Source of the DNA: Thermoplasmata archaeon
Lineage (GTDB): Archaea; Thermoplasmatota; Thermoplasmata; Thermoplasmatales; GCA-001856825
Direction: 5' to 3'
Assembly (NCBI GenBank): GCA_021792255.1
Contig: JAJYUZ010000002.1
Location: 64,001-128,000, forward strand
Length of the DNA: 64,000 nucleotides
Positions 47,514-57,506 of the stretch are shown piece after piece. The notes under the pieces are model-generated. The model did not search any database, had not been told where the DNA came from, and worked only from the letters and a program-made list of their open reading frames with translations. Position numbers and translations under genes: made by a program. Every line of letters starts with the position of its first letter. Position 1 is the first letter of the stretch.

Positions 47514-48044
47514 TCATTGAGCGAAGTAGCTGTAATTGACAATGATGTGTGCGATTCCTGTTACAGGACTGGAGGATGTGGATGCAACACAGAAGAGGTA
47601 GTTGCCTGGAGGAAGGGAAAGCGATATGGTAGCGTTGCTCACGGGTCCTAGGAAGTAGATGCTCCAGTTCTTGTCATCTGAAATGTTGTTCGAAATTCGC
47701 GAGGGAAAACTATGTGTCGACCACAAGATGAAGAAATATACGGGCCCGTCGTATGACAAAGGACCATACACGTGCGCGGGCCATGATAGACTTACTGGAA
47801 TACCAACTATATCTCCATTTTCGAATGGTCCGCGTAATAATGAAGTGTTGAGTGATTGTATGTAATACTGTGGATAAGTATAGTGAGGTTCAGACGCTAA
47901 TATGGTTTTGTAATCGCTGTAGAAAAGACCTGCAAGGAAGGATGTTGAAGCTAAGGCTATAACTAAGACTAATGTTACAATACTGAATATTGTTTTCCTA
48001 CTCTTTTTGACATCTGAGCTTCCCGAATGCATCATATTGTACAT
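47514..48044 (-). CDS. Hypothetical membrane-anchored surface protein
   Basis: Basic N-terminus then TM; beta-rich domain with several N-x-S/T sequons; LSLPPGNY. Confidence 0.7.
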   Translation of the reverse strand: MYNMMHSGSSDVKKSRKTIFSIVTLVLVIALASTSFLAGLFYSDYKTILASEPHYTYPQYYIQSLNTSLLRGPFENGDIVGIPVSLSWPAHVYGPLSYDGPVYFFILWSTHSFPSRISNNISDDKNWSIYFLGPVSNATISLSLPPGNYLFCVASTSSSPVTGIAHIIVNYSYFAQ

Positions 48045-48081
48045 GACCTGCTTTTAGTTTAATTTTTCTAAACCCCAGTTT

Positions 48082-48987
48082 TCAAAGATTTTTGGGAGAT
48101 CGTCCAAAATTTGACCTGAAATGATCGTAACCGGTAGCTATTCCAGATTTTCCATTTAGGTCAGCAATGCCTTTCCCTTTCAAGACCCTACCCACCAATG
48201 GATATCCCATAAGTCTATCGGGTGAAGTGAAAAGCAACTCGTAGTCTCCTCCAGTGGAAAATATGGAAACTCTTTCCTTCTCGCTTCTTGAATCTTTAGA
48301 GATATCGTGTTCTATCTTTATCTTGACTCTGCTCATACTAGACAGAATGTTGAGGGACTTGTAAACTCCATCTGAGTTGTCTATGCAAGAGGTAACTCTA
48401 GACTTGCTGAGAGAGTTGTGTAAATCCAGTCTAGGATTTATTTCAAGAATTTCCCTGAATTTTCCTCTCTCACCTTTATGATAATCGAGAATCGCACGTT
48501 CGTTCTTTCCGATCGTGGATGAGATATAAACGAAATCGCCTGGCTTGGCTCCGCTTCTTCTAAACTCCTTCCCCTTTTTCACCTCGCCTAAAACTAGGCC
48601 AGTCAATGAGATTTTCTTAGATTCTTTCAAGTCCCCCCCAGAAAATTTTGTGTCAAACCTACCAAGCTCGTCTCTTATTCCCATGACAAGCTGTTCTGCC
48701 CATTTTTCGTCTAGTGTTCTGGGGAAAGAAAAAGATACCATCATTTCGAGTGGTTTTCCATTCTTGGAGGCAATATCGCTCAGGTTGATGTCGACTAAGA
48801 ACTTCCCTACTAGTTTTGGGTCCCACCACTTTTCGAAATGAAATCCTTCGTTTATCGTATCCATTGCGAGCAACATATATCTCTTGCCAAGGTCAAAGAA
48901 ATGCACGTCTTCGTCCTCGTTCTTCTCTTCGAAAATTTTCCATATTTTGTCTATGAGTTTTCTTTCTCCTATGTCTTTTATCTCCAT
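48082..48987 (-). CDS. thiL: Thiamine-monophosphate kinase
   Basis: IGERKLI, EGFHF, NLSDIAS, GGD, RRSGAKPGD, IDNSDG, GGDYELLFT. Confidence 0.93.
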   Translation of the reverse strand: MEIKDIGERKLIDKIWKIFEEKNEDEDVHFFDLGKRYMLLAMDTINEGFHFEKWWDPKLVGKFLVDINLSDIASKNGKPLEMMVSFSFPRTLDEKWAEQLVMGIRDELGRFDTKFSGGDLKESKKISLTGLVLGEVKKGKEFRRSGAKPGDFVYISSTIGKNERAILDYHKGERGKFREILEINPRLDLHNSLSKSRVTSCIDNSDGVYKSLNILSSMSRVKIKIEHDISKDSRSEKERVSIFSTGGDYELLFTSPDRLMGYPLVGRVLKGKGIADLNGKSGIATGYDHFRSNFGRSPKNL

Positions 48988-49027
48988 CGCAAAGATAATT
49001 AGATGTAGTTAAATAAATTATCAACAG

Positions 49028-49738
49028 ATGGACGAGATCGAGGTCGAAAACAGCATATTCTTTACCAGATACGGGGCGGCATTTCTCGAAGACATATCAG
49101 CTGTTGTCGTTTCTGACGTCCACCTCGGATATGAAGACGTCCTAGCAATGAATGGCATATTTATACCGAGAGTCCAGTCACAAATGATTTACGACACCGT
49201 CGATCTTATAATTAAAAGGTACAAACCTGAAAAATTCATCATAGATGGGGATCTGAAGCACGAATTTTCAAGGAACACTTCTCAAGAGTGGAATGATGTA
49301 TACGAACTACTGAAGCGAATTAGCATGAAAGCAGAACCAATAATAGTAAAGGGGAACCACGATAACTATGTTGCAAACATCGCTTCAAAACTGAATCTAA
49401 AGACATACGATATCTATCGCGAAGGAAGATATACGTTCCATCACGGACACAAAGAATTCAAATGGAACGATGTTGCTATAATAGGAAACGAACATCCGGC
49501 GGTTGGACTGAGAGACTCAGTGGATTCGGTCTTGAAATTACACTGCTTCCTGTACTTCAAGAAGGAGAGATTGATCGTTCTACCAGCAATGTCAATCTAT
49601 GCAGGAGGCTCCGACATCCTGAAGAATGAAATCTCATCGCCGGTTCTCAAAAAAGTCGAACTCAACGATGGAAGGGTTTACGGACTCTGGGAGGCATACG
49701 GAACCATTGATCTGGGAAACGTAGGTGGGTTGCTTTGA
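49028..49738 (+). CDS. Calcineurin-like metallophosphoesterase (MPE/COG1407 type)
   Basis: SDVHLG, GDLKHEF, GNHD, HGH, NEHP, LPA. Confidence 0.9.
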   Translation: MDEIEVENSIFFTRYGAAFLEDISAVVVSDVHLGYEDVLAMNGIFIPRVQSQMIYDTVDLIIKRYKPEKFIIDGDLKHEFSRNTSQEWNDVYELLKRISMKAEPIIVKGNHDNYVANIASKLNLKTYDIYREGRYTFHHGHKEFKWNDVAIIGNEHPAVGLRDSVDSVLKLHCFLYFKKERLIVLPAMSIYAGGSDILKNEISSPVLKKVELNDGRVYGLWEAYGTIDLGNVGGLL

Positions 49739-50460
49739 TCGGGTTTGTATCTGCCGGTTTTAATCCACCGTCGAGTTTCACGAAAGAAGAACTTGACTAT
49801 CTTGAAAGTTCGGAACTGATTTTGGTTGACACTTATACATCGCCGAACTATCTCAAAGAATTCGGGGGGAAAAAACTGACTTTCGTAGGTCGAGAGAAGC
49901 TGGAGAATTTCGAATGGATTTTAAACGAAAAGAGGGACATCTCGATAATCATTCCGGGAGATTCGTTTTCTGCAACGACGCACTTCACGATTTACAAGGA
50001 GGCAATACTAAGAGGGCTCGCAGTCAGAGTTTTTTACAACTCATCCATTTTTCCAATTGCAGCGACTAGATTGGGTCTGCATCTCTACAAGATAGGGCCT
50101 CCCGTTTCCCTGCCACGATTCAAGGACAGATTCAGACCTATCTCTCCATACGAGAAGATGCTTGAGAATTTCAAGAGTGGCCTGCATACAATCCTGCTTC
50201 TCGATACAGAACCACCGCTGGAGCTGCACGATGCTCTTGAAGAACTTTTCTGGATGGAGTCAGAATTGAAGGGAGCCTTATTCGGTCCTGACAGAGAAGT
50301 GGGGGTAGTGAGCGGTCTAGGAACTCCGGATGAGAAAGTGATCTATGGGAAATTAGAAACTCTTAAAGAATGGAAGAATGGAAAAGTACCTTTCACGATC
50401 GTTGTGCCCGCGAAGCTACATTTTCAAGAGAAGGAAGCACTCGATTTATTCAGGATATAG
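49735..50460 (+). CDS. dph5: Diphthine synthase
   Basis: DTYTS, RE.LE, GDSFSATTH, GLHLYKIG, GLHTILLLD, LHFQEKEAL. Confidence 0.88.
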   Translation: MIGFVSAGFNPPSSFTKEELDYLESSELILVDTYTSPNYLKEFGGKKLTFVGREKLENFEWILNEKRDISIIIPGDSFSATTHFTIYKEAILRGLAVRVFYNSSIFPIAATRLGLHLYKIGPPVSLPRFKDRFRPISPYEKMLENFKSGLHTILLLDTEPPLELHDALEELFWMESELKGALFGPDREVGVVSGLGTPDEKVIYGKLETLKEWKNGKVPFTIVVPAKLHFQEKEALDLFRI

Positions 50461-50465
50461 TCGGC

Positions 50466-50479
50466 TTTTTTCTCTTTTT
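50466..50479 (+). terminator. Oligo(U) terminator after dph5
   Basis: TTTTTTCTCTTTTT 5 nt after the stop codon. Confidence 0.55.
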
Positions 50480-50537
50480 GGTAATCTCATAAAGATTTAT
50501 TACTGCGTTGCCATATACGGAGAAAGTAGGTGAAAAG

Positions 50538-51248
50538 ATGCAATCAGCACAAATGGCGTATGATAGGGCTATCACGGTATTCTCACCAGACGGTAGGTTG
50601 TTCCAAGTAGAATATGCGAGGGAAGCCGTCAAGCGAGGTACGACAGCAATCGGTATTGTGTTTGAGGATGGAGCCATTTTAATGGCGGACAAGAGAATAA
50701 AGAGCGGCCTCATCGAGGAGAAAAGTATAGAGAAGATATTTACAATCGACGGTCACATAGGTGCAGCCTCATCTGGTCTGATCGGCGATGCCAGGATATT
50801 GATAGATCACGCAAGACTCCAAGCTCAATCTGAGAAAGTCACTTATGGACAGGATATAATAGTAGAGTCTTTGGTTAAGAAGGTCTGTGATTTGCTACAG
50901 CAATACACACAGTATGGGGGGGTAAGACCCTTCGGTGCTTCTCTCCTGATCACCGGGATCGACGAGACAGGTATCACTCTTTTCGAAACGGATCCCTCTG
51001 GTCTTTCCACTGGCTATAAGGCAGACGCTATCGGGTACGGAAGGGACGCAGCAGTAGAGCTCCTTGAGAAGGAGTACAAGGACAAAATGCAAATGAAGGA
51101 TGCTGTAGAGCTCGGCATTAGAGCCCTCAAGGCAGGACTAGAACAGGGACAGGGATTGGGAATGGTAAGCGTTGGTGTGATAACCAAGGGCCAAAAGTTC
51201 AGGATTCTATCTCTGGAGGAAACAGACAAGTTAATAGGCGCCAAGTGA
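50538..51248 (+). CDS. psmA: Proteasome alpha subunit
   Basis: YDRAITVFSPDGRLFQVEYAREAV, YTQYGGVRPFG. Confidence 0.98.
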   Translation: MQSAQMAYDRAITVFSPDGRLFQVEYAREAVKRGTTAIGIVFEDGAILMADKRIKSGLIEEKSIEKIFTIDGHIGAASSGLIGDARILIDHARLQAQSEKVTYGQDIIVESLVKKVCDLLQQYTQYGGVRPFGASLLITGIDETGITLFETDPSGLSTGYKADAIGYGRDAAVELLEKEYKDKMQMKDAVELGIRALKAGLEQGQGLGMVSVGVITKGQKFRILSLEETDKLIGAK

Positions 51249-51256
51249 GGAGTCTA

Positions 51257-51952
51257 ATGGTCAAAGTAGAGGACGCTCTTATTGCCAGGTACGAATCAAA
51301 GGGACACAGATTCGAAGTACTCGTAGACCAAAAATTAGTGGATTTAGTAAAATCAGGAAAGAACGTCAACGTTTCTGATTATATGGCAGCGGACGTAGTT
51401 TTCAAGGATAGCAGTAAGGGCGACAGGGCATCTGATGAAGTCATCAAGGAAGTATTCGGGACAGAAGACTTCCCAACTGTGGTCACAGAAATAGTAAAGA
51501 AGGGACAAGTGCAGCTGACCACAGATCAGAGAAGAAGAATGCTCGAGGAAAAAAGGAGACAGATCATCGAAATAATCTCAAGGGAATCTATGAACCCCCA
51601 GTCCGGAACGCCCCATCCTCCTCAGAGGATTGAGAAGGCAATGGAGGAAGCAAAAGTGAGGATCGATCCGTTCAAGAGCGCAGAGGAGCAGATAAACGAA
51701 GTTCTAAAGGCAATAAGAGTAATTCTTCCCATTAGGTTCGAGCACGTAAAAATGGAGATAGAGGTTCCAGGAACCGAATACGGAAAGATTTATGCAGAAA
51801 TGACCCACCTGGGACAAATCATAAAGGAAGATTGGAAGAACAACGGGAATTACAGCGCAGTATTGGAAATTCCTGCTGGAGTTCAGGATCAACTGTACGA
51901 TTTCCTGAACAAGAGAACGAAAGGCAACGTAGATATTAAATTGATAAAGTAG
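51257..51952 (+). CDS. Ribosome maturation factor SBDS/Sdo1
   Basis: GHRFEVLVD, QLTTDQRR, PHPPQRIE, IPAG. Confidence 0.96.
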   Translation: MVKVEDALIARYESKGHRFEVLVDQKLVDLVKSGKNVNVSDYMAADVVFKDSSKGDRASDEVIKEVFGTEDFPTVVTEIVKKGQVQLTTDQRRRMLEEKRRQIIEIISRESMNPQSGTPHPPQRIEKAMEEAKVRIDPFKSAEEQINEVLKAIRVILPIRFEHVKMEIEVPGTEYGKIYAEMTHLGQIIKEDWKNNGNYSAVLEIPAGVQDQLYDFLNKRTKGNVDIKLIK

Positions 51953-51958
51953 AGGTGA

Positions 51959-52627
51959 ATGTATTTGGATATAGAGAGGAAGATTGTTTTACCAGGAGAA
52001 GAGATAAGTCTAGAAGGAATGAAACAAGGAAACGGAATTTATCACGACGGCGGAAAGTACTACTCCTACCAGATGGGAGTAATTCAGACGTACAACAATT
52101 ATGCGAACGTAATTCCGTTGTCAGGAAAGTACTATCCTGTGAGAAATGACAGGGTAATAGGGAAGGTCGTTGACGTAGCACCCTCTTTCTGGATAATGGA
52201 CATAAGGGGGCCCTACCCGGGTTTCCTTCACATAAACGATACTCCATGGAAAAATTTGGATCAGGAGCTTAACAAGATACTAAGAGTAAGCGATACCGTA
52301 TTCCTGAAGGTCAACGAGATAACGGAGTCAAGGCAGATATGGCTCTCTCTCAAAGATGCGGGCCTGAGAAAGTTAGAGGGGGGTCACATAGTAATGGTCC
52401 AGCCTACAAAGGTATCCAGGATAATCGGTAAGGGTGGATCGATGGTCAATACCATAAAAGAACTGACTGGAGTGAAGGTCCAGTTGGGCCAGAACGGCGT
52501 GGTATGGCTTGACGGACCGGCGGACAAAGTCATGACCGTGAGAAAAATACTGAAGTACATTGAGAAGGAAGCGCATACTTCGGGACTGACGGATAGAGTG
52601 AAAAAGATACTAGAAGAGAGTAGGTGA
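51959..52627 (+). CDS. rrp4: Exosome RNA-binding subunit Rrp4
   Basis: VLPGE, S1 domain, [23 protein letters not shown]. Confidence 0.96.
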   Translation: MYLDIERKIVLPGEEISLEGMKQGNGIYHDGGKYYSYQMGVIQTYNNYANVIPLSGKYYPVRNDRVIGKVVDVAPSFWIMDIRGPYPGFLHINDTPWKNLDQELNKILRVSDTVFLKVNEITESRQIWLSLKDAGLRKLEGGHIVMVQPTKVSRIIGKGGSMVNTIKELTGVKVQLGQNGVVWLDGPADKVMTVRKILKYIEKEAHTSGLTDRVKKILEESR

Positions 52628-52632
52628 TTGAA

Positions 52633-53388
52633 ATGGGAGGAACGCAAAGCGATATAAAACTGATGAACGAAGAAGGTTTGAGAATAGATGGAAGGAAATT
52701 CAACGAGCTGAGGCCAATACGAATTGAGGTAGGAGTTCTAAACAGGGCAGATGGCTCTGCCTACATAGAGTGGGGAGGGAACAAGGTTCTGGTTGCAGTA
52801 TATGGACCAAGGGAGGCATTCCCAAAACACACTCAGAATCCCTCAAGGGCCATAATAAATGCCAGATACAACATGGCAGCATTTTCTGTCGATGAAAGAA
52901 AGAGACCAGGACCGGACAGAAGGGCGGTTGAGATAAGCAAGGTCATTGGCGAGGCACTCGAGTGCGCGGTTTTCACGGAGCAGTTTCCGAGGACCAGCAT
53001 AGACGTTTACATAGAAGTGCTCCAGGCTGACGCAGGAACGAGAATTGCGGGTCTTACTGCGGCTTCGGTGGCATTGGTCGATGCAGGAATACCAATGAAA
53101 GATATGGTAGTTGGATGTGCGGCCGGGAAAATCGACGGTAAGGTCGTGCTAGATCTGAATAAAGAAGAGGATAACTACGGTCAGGCAGATCTCCCGATGG
53201 CAATAATTCCCAGAACGCAAGAAATAGTGCTTCTACAGATGGATGGAAATTTGACTCGGGAGGAACTGGAAGAGGCAGTGGAAATGTCAAAGAAGGCAGC
53301 GACGTACATCTCTGATCTTCAAAAAGAAGCTTTAATGGCCAAATATAAGAGTCAGGAACCAGAGAAGGAAGGTGAGCGCGATGAGTAA
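52633..53388 (+). CDS. rrp41: Exosome catalytic subunit Rrp41
   Basis: [32 protein letters not shown]. Confidence 0.97.
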   Translation: MGGTQSDIKLMNEEGLRIDGRKFNELRPIRIEVGVLNRADGSAYIEWGGNKVLVAVYGPREAFPKHTQNPSRAIINARYNMAAFSVDERKRPGPDRRAVEISKVIGEALECAVFTEQFPRTSIDVYIEVLQADAGTRIAGLTAASVALVDAGIPMKDMVVGCAAGKIDGKVVLDLNKEEDNYGQADLPMAIIPRTQEIVLLQMDGNLTREELEEAVEMSKKAATYISDLQKEALMAKYKSQEPEKEGERDE

Positions 53389-54166
53389 AAGCGCTGATGA
53401 AATAGTATATGGATTGAAGAGGGAATACTTAGAGAAGATTTGCGCAGAAGGAAACAGGATCGACGGAAGAAAGCTAGATGAAATGAGGAATCTCGTCGTT
53501 AACACGAACTTCGTGCCTAGGGCAGAAGGATCAGCGGAAGTCAGGCTGGGGGACACTAGGGTCTTGGTCGGAATCAAGGTAGAACAGGGCGAACCCTTTC
53601 CCGATACTCCGAAGAGTGGCATATTGACCACAAATGCAGAGATGTTACCAATGGCTTCGCCGATTTTTGAATCTGGCCCGCCAAGTGAGGATGCAATAGA
53701 GCTGGCGAGAGTCGTCGACAGAGGAATAAGGGAGTCAAAGATGATCGATCTAGATAAACTTGTCATAAAGGAGGGAGAGAAGGTCTGGGTCGTCTTCATA
53801 GATATGCACATTCTAGATTACGACGGTAACTTGATCGACGCTTGCTCTATAGGTGCGGTAGCCGCACTTCTAAATTCCAAAGTCCCTGCGTCAGAGATCG
53901 GAGCTGAGGATTACCCACTACCAATAAGCCACGTCCCCGTCACCATAACTTTTGCAAAAATAGGATCAACTGTGGTAGCCGACCCGAACCTAGAGGAGGA
54001 GGAAGTTGCATCGGCAAGACTGTCCGTGGCGACAAACGAAAATGGAGACGTAGTCGCAATGCAGAAAGGTCTGGGGGGAAGCATAACTAAAGAGGAGCTT
54101 TTCTCTGCCGTAGACACCTCCATAAAAGTGGGAAAGGATATTAGGAAGAGAGTACTGGGGAGATGA
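53381..54166 (+). CDS. rrp42: Exosome subunit Rrp42
   Basis: [42 protein letters not shown]. Confidence 0.97.
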   Translation: MSKSADEIVYGLKREYLEKICAEGNRIDGRKLDEMRNLVVNTNFVPRAEGSAEVRLGDTRVLVGIKVEQGEPFPDTPKSGILTTNAEMLPMASPIFESGPPSEDAIELARVVDRGIRESKMIDLDKLVIKEGEKVWVVFIDMHILDYDGNLIDACSIGAVAALLNSKVPASEIGAEDYPLPISHVPVTITFAKIGSTVVADPNLEEEEVASARLSVATNENGDVVAMQKGLGGSITKEELFSAVDTSIKVGKDIRKRVLGR

Positions 54167-54170
54167 GTCA

Positions 54171-54428
54171 ATGGCGAAGAGGACAAGAAAGGTAGGAAGC
54201 TCTGGCAGATTCGGGGCCAGGTACGGTTCAACAGTCAAGAAGAGGTGGCTAGAGATGGAAAATCTCAGAAAGACAACGTACATCTGCCCTAGATGCCATC
54301 ACGTTTCGGTTAAGAGAGAGCACCCTGGGATATGGGAGTGCAGGAAGTGTGGGTTTGAATTTGTAGGAGACGCCTATGCTCCAGAGTTGAATACCGAGTT
54401 CAAAAAGGTGGACCTGGAAAATGTTTAA
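54171..54428 (+). CDS. rpl37ae: 50S ribosomal protein eL43 (L37ae)
   Basis: GRFGARYG, CPRC, GIWECRKCG, AY. Confidence 0.97.
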   Translation: MAKRTRKVGSSGRFGARYGSTVKKRWLEMENLRKTTYICPRCHHVSVKREHPGIWECRKCGFEFVGDAYAPELNTEFKKVDLENV

Positions 54429-54552
54429 GTGCATAAGGTGTGGAAGGGAACTGAAAGACGAAGGAGATACGACACAGTTCGAGTGCGAGTGTGGGTCAAA
54501 GGTATTCGTCAGGATTCCCGGGAACGTTGTGAAGTCCGTAGAAGTCAAATAG
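54421..54552 (+). CDS. rpoP: RNA polymerase subunit P (Rpo12), 43 aa, not in ORF track
   Basis: MFKCIRCGRELKDEGDTTQFECECGSKVFVRIPGNVVKSVEVK; zinc ribbon at the canonical position after rpl37ae. Confidence 0.9.
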   Translation: MFKCIRCGRELKDEGDTTQFECECGSKVFVRIPGNVVKSVEVK

Positions 54553-55623
54553 ATGTTCCTTTGTGACCACTGCAGGGAAAGGCTTTCCCACAGGCTCGTT
54601 CAACCATCGATTGATACAGGAATTTGTGACCTTTGTGGAAATCTGATGGAACACGTAGACGACTATTTCGAAATGTTTAAGGAAGAATCCAAACGTTATG
54701 AATTCTCAACTTTCCTGATAGGCGTCAGGACTTCCAAGGAGAGTTTACAAAAAGACAGGGAGATAATAGAGAGTGCCGGGACAAGGATAAGAAGCTACAA
54801 GGAAGAGTTTCAGTTCTTGCTGGGAAGCAAGATAGAACGGGAACTTCATTACACAGTGGATTTCGGTATGCCGGAATTCGTGTTTATGGTAAGCCAGGAG
54901 AATATGGATTATTCTATAAAGATCAAGTCGGTGTACATTAAGGGCAGGTACCTCAAGAAGAGAAGAGGTATTCCTCAATCTCCCTGGATAAAACCAGGGA
55001 GGGGAAAGGAAATGGAGAAATCTGTCTCTGAATACATCGGTCAGCAGGTGTGCAATGCCTTCGAAGGAAAGAACTATAACTTCTTTGCATTGGGAAGAGA
55101 AGACGTTGACGCCTTGATGCTTGGAACGGGAAGACCATTCTACGTACAGGTGGAGACTCCCACCAAGAGAAGCATTGACCTCACCAATCTGTCCGAACGG
55201 GTCCTGATGGAATCAAAGGAAGGAGTGGAGATAATCGACATATCAATGGCGAAACAGTCCGAGATCGACGGCATGAAAGATCTGAGGCCGGACAAGACCT
55301 ACGAGGTGGGATTGACAATAGAAGAAGGGAATAGGTCAGATCTGGAAGAGGTCCTGAAGAAGTACTCTAATTTTAAAATCGATCAGAGAACTCCAAGCCG
55401 GGTTTTAAACATACGCAAGGACAAAACAAGAGAAAGAAGAATAAGATCGATCGAAATTGAACGCTTCTCAGGGAAACAACTGATTTTGATTATAACTGCG
55501 GAAGCGGGAACTTATATCAAGGAATTCATAACGGGAGACAACGGCCGCACTGTTCCCAGCCTCAAGAATGAGTTGAACATAAACGTTAAAATAGATTATC
55601 TTAATGTGCTCGAGGTCAAATAG
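54553..55623 (+). CDS. pus10: tRNA pseudouridine(54/55) synthase Pus10
   Basis: GRYLKKRRGIPQSPW, GREDVDALMLGTGRPF, QRTPSRV, AGTYIKEF, GRTVPS. Confidence 0.95.
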   Translation: MFLCDHCRERLSHRLVQPSIDTGICDLCGNLMEHVDDYFEMFKEESKRYEFSTFLIGVRTSKESLQKDREIIESAGTRIRSYKEEFQFLLGSKIERELHYTVDFGMPEFVFMVSQENMDYSIKIKSVYIKGRYLKKRRGIPQSPWIKPGRGKEMEKSVSEYIGQQVCNAFEGKNYNFFALGREDVDALMLGTGRPFYVQVETPTKRSIDLTNLSERVLMESKEGVEIIDISMAKQSEIDGMKDLRPDKTYEVGLTIEEGNRSDLEEVLKKYSNFKIDQRTPSRVLNIRKDKTRERRIRSIEIERFSGKQLILIITAEAGTYIKEFITGDNGRTVPSLKNELNINVKIDYLNVLEVK

Positions 55624-55632
55624 GGGATAAAA

Positions 55633-55923
55633 ATGGCGAAAATGTCTCATGGTCCTAGATCTAAAACGAGATACAAGCTGAGGAAGAAGCTAAAAGAGAA
55701 GGGACCAGTTACCGTAAACAGGATAGTTAAGAGGTTCGAGGTAGGAGACAGTGTAGCCATCGATATTGAACCATCATTTCACAATGGAATGCCTTTCAAG
55801 AGATTTCAAGGTATGACTGGCGTGGTAGAGGGACAAAGAGGAGATGCCTACATTGTAAAGATAAGCGATCAGGGGAAACCGAAAACAGTTGTCGCTTATC
55901 CAATACACCTGAAAAGGGCGTGA
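55633..55923 (+). CDS. rpl21e: 50S ribosomal protein eL21
   Basis: SHGPRSKTR, GMPFKRFQGMTG, PIHL. Confidence 0.97.
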   Translation: MAKMSHGPRSKTRYKLRKKLKEKGPVTVNRIVKRFEVGDSVAIDIEPSFHNGMPFKRFQGMTGVVEGQRGDAYIVKISDQGKPKTVVAYPIHLKRA

Positions 55924-55932
55924 ACACGAAGA

Positions 55933-56244
55933 ATGAAGATAGATTATATCCCTCTGGCTAAGGCAAAGGAGCTCCTCAACGACGCATCCAAGGAGAGGGA
56001 ACTCAACGACGTCCAGACGTCAGCTCTGAAACACGTCAGCAAATTCTCAAAGATATCAGCAGACAAGGCTGCAAAACTTCAAAAGGAACTGGTAGCACTT
56101 GGGCTGGAAGATATAATGGCAGTAAAGGTCATAGACATCATGCCTGCGAACCTAGATGAGCTTAGATCCGTTCTATATCCTCGGATCCAGAATCTGGATC
56201 AGGATCTTGGCAACAAAATTGTCGAAACTCTTCACAAAAGGTGA
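55933..56244 (+). CDS. rpoF: RNA polymerase subunit F (Rpo4)
   Basis: KFSK, KVIDIMP, ELRS; synteny. Confidence 0.92.
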   Translation: MKIDYIPLAKAKELLNDASKERELNDVQTSALKHVSKFSKISADKAAKLQKELVALGLEDIMAVKVIDIMPANLDELRSVLYPRIQNLDQDLGNKIVETLHKR

Positions 56245-56798
56245 TTTTTTTGGAAGAGTATGCGTATGTACTTGATATTCTACCACAAGGAAGAATGGAG
56301 GAAAAGGCATTCAAAAGGATACCACTATCCCTCGCAATCGGAGAGGAAGAGCTGAAACTCTTTGAGTTGATCCCGAAGCAGGGCATCGTAATGATGATCG
56401 GCGATAGGGTGTACATAGGAAAAGACATTGAAAAGAGGGACAAGATAGGTAGTGTCAGAAGAAGGATATCATTCGATGAACTCACCCCAGGTGCGCAGAA
56501 CGAAATAGAATTTGTGCTCAGGCAAATTATAGAAAAGAACGAACCGCGGTTTGTAAATTTCTTCAACAGTGCCCAACCAGTTACAGCAAGGCTTCATCAG
56601 CTAGACCTGCTTTACGGCGTCGGAAAAAACTTGATGTGGGAAATACTCGACGAGAGGAAAAAGGGACCCTTCAAGAATTTCCAGGACCTTAAGACCAGAG
56701 TAAAGGGCCTGAGGGACCCCGAAAAGATGATCACGGAAAGGATCATAAGAGAACTGAGAAACAAGGAAGAGAGACACAGGCTATTCGTTTCCGGATAA
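56241..56798 (+). CDS. DUF655 putative RNA-binding protein
   Basis: EEYAYVLD, AIGE, RVYIGK, FFN, RLHQLDLL HhH motif. Confidence 0.93.
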   Translation: MIFLEEYAYVLDILPQGRMEEKAFKRIPLSLAIGEEELKLFELIPKQGIVMMIGDRVYIGKDIEKRDKIGSVRRRISFDELTPGAQNEIEFVLRQIIEKNEPRFVNFFNSAQPVTARLHQLDLLYGVGKNLMWEILDERKKGPFKNFQDLKTRVKGLRDPEKMITERIIRELRNKEERHRLFVSG

Positions 56799-56801
56799 GC
56801 A

Positions 56802-57506
56802 ATGCGAAGAAGCAAACAGGCAGGGATAAACTTCCTTAACGATCCAAGACTGGCAGAGAGAATAGTCTCTGCTGTCGACTACTCTGGTAAAGATGTGCTG
56901 GAGGTGGGGGCTGGACTGGGTCAGCTCACAAGATTCTTTCAGAACTACAGGTCGCTGACACTGATTGAACGAGAAAGCGATTTCGCAGAGCGATTAAGGA
57001 AATCTTTTCCGGCTGCCACAGTAATAAATGAAGATGCACTGAAAGTTCAGTGGCCAAAGTTCGATGTGTTTGTTTCCAACATGCCTTATTCTATCTCCTC
57101 CCCCCTTCTGGAGAAGCTCTGGAATTCTAGCTTTGAAGTAGGGGTGGTCACTATCCAAAAGGAGGTGGCGGACAGGATTACTGCCCTTCCCAAGACCAAG
57201 GATTATTCAAGGCTGTCTATAATGATGCAGTTGAAATTCAATGTCCAAAGGGAATTTGACATTCCCCCCTCTAAATTTACTCCCTCTCCGAAGGTCTACA
57301 GCACCGTCCTCAGGCTTGAGAGAAGAGACACAAAGATTCCGGATGGATTTGATGAGTTTCTGAAATTACTTTTCTCGCAGAGGAGAAAGAAGCTTAGGAA
57401 CATCTTAGATTCAGAATCGTCAGGAGAAAAGAGGCCAGAAGAACTCACACTTCCAGAACTGATAGAGCTTTTCGAGAAAATCAGCGCGCGGCAACGATCT
57501 TTATGA
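56802..57506 (+). CDS. rsmA: 16S rRNA m6,2A dimethyltransferase KsgA/Dim1
   Basis: GINFL, LEVGAGLGQLT, SNMPYSISS, QKEVADR, YSRLS, PSPKVYS. Confidence 0.95.
   Translation: MRRSKQAGINFLNDPRLAERIVSAVDYSGKDVLEVGAGLGQLTRFFQNYRSLTLIERESDFAERLRKSFPAATVINEDALKVQWPKFDVFVSNMPYSISSPLLEKLWNSSFEVGVVTIQKEVADRITALPKTKDYSRLSIMMQLKFNVQREFDIPPSKFTPSPKVYSTVLRLERRDTKIPDGFDEFLKLLFSQRRKKLRNILDSESSGEKRPEELTLPELIELFEKISARQRSL

Noticed and set aside
51955-52149. Arg-rich 64-aa plus-strand ORF
   Set aside because: Alternative frame of rrp4
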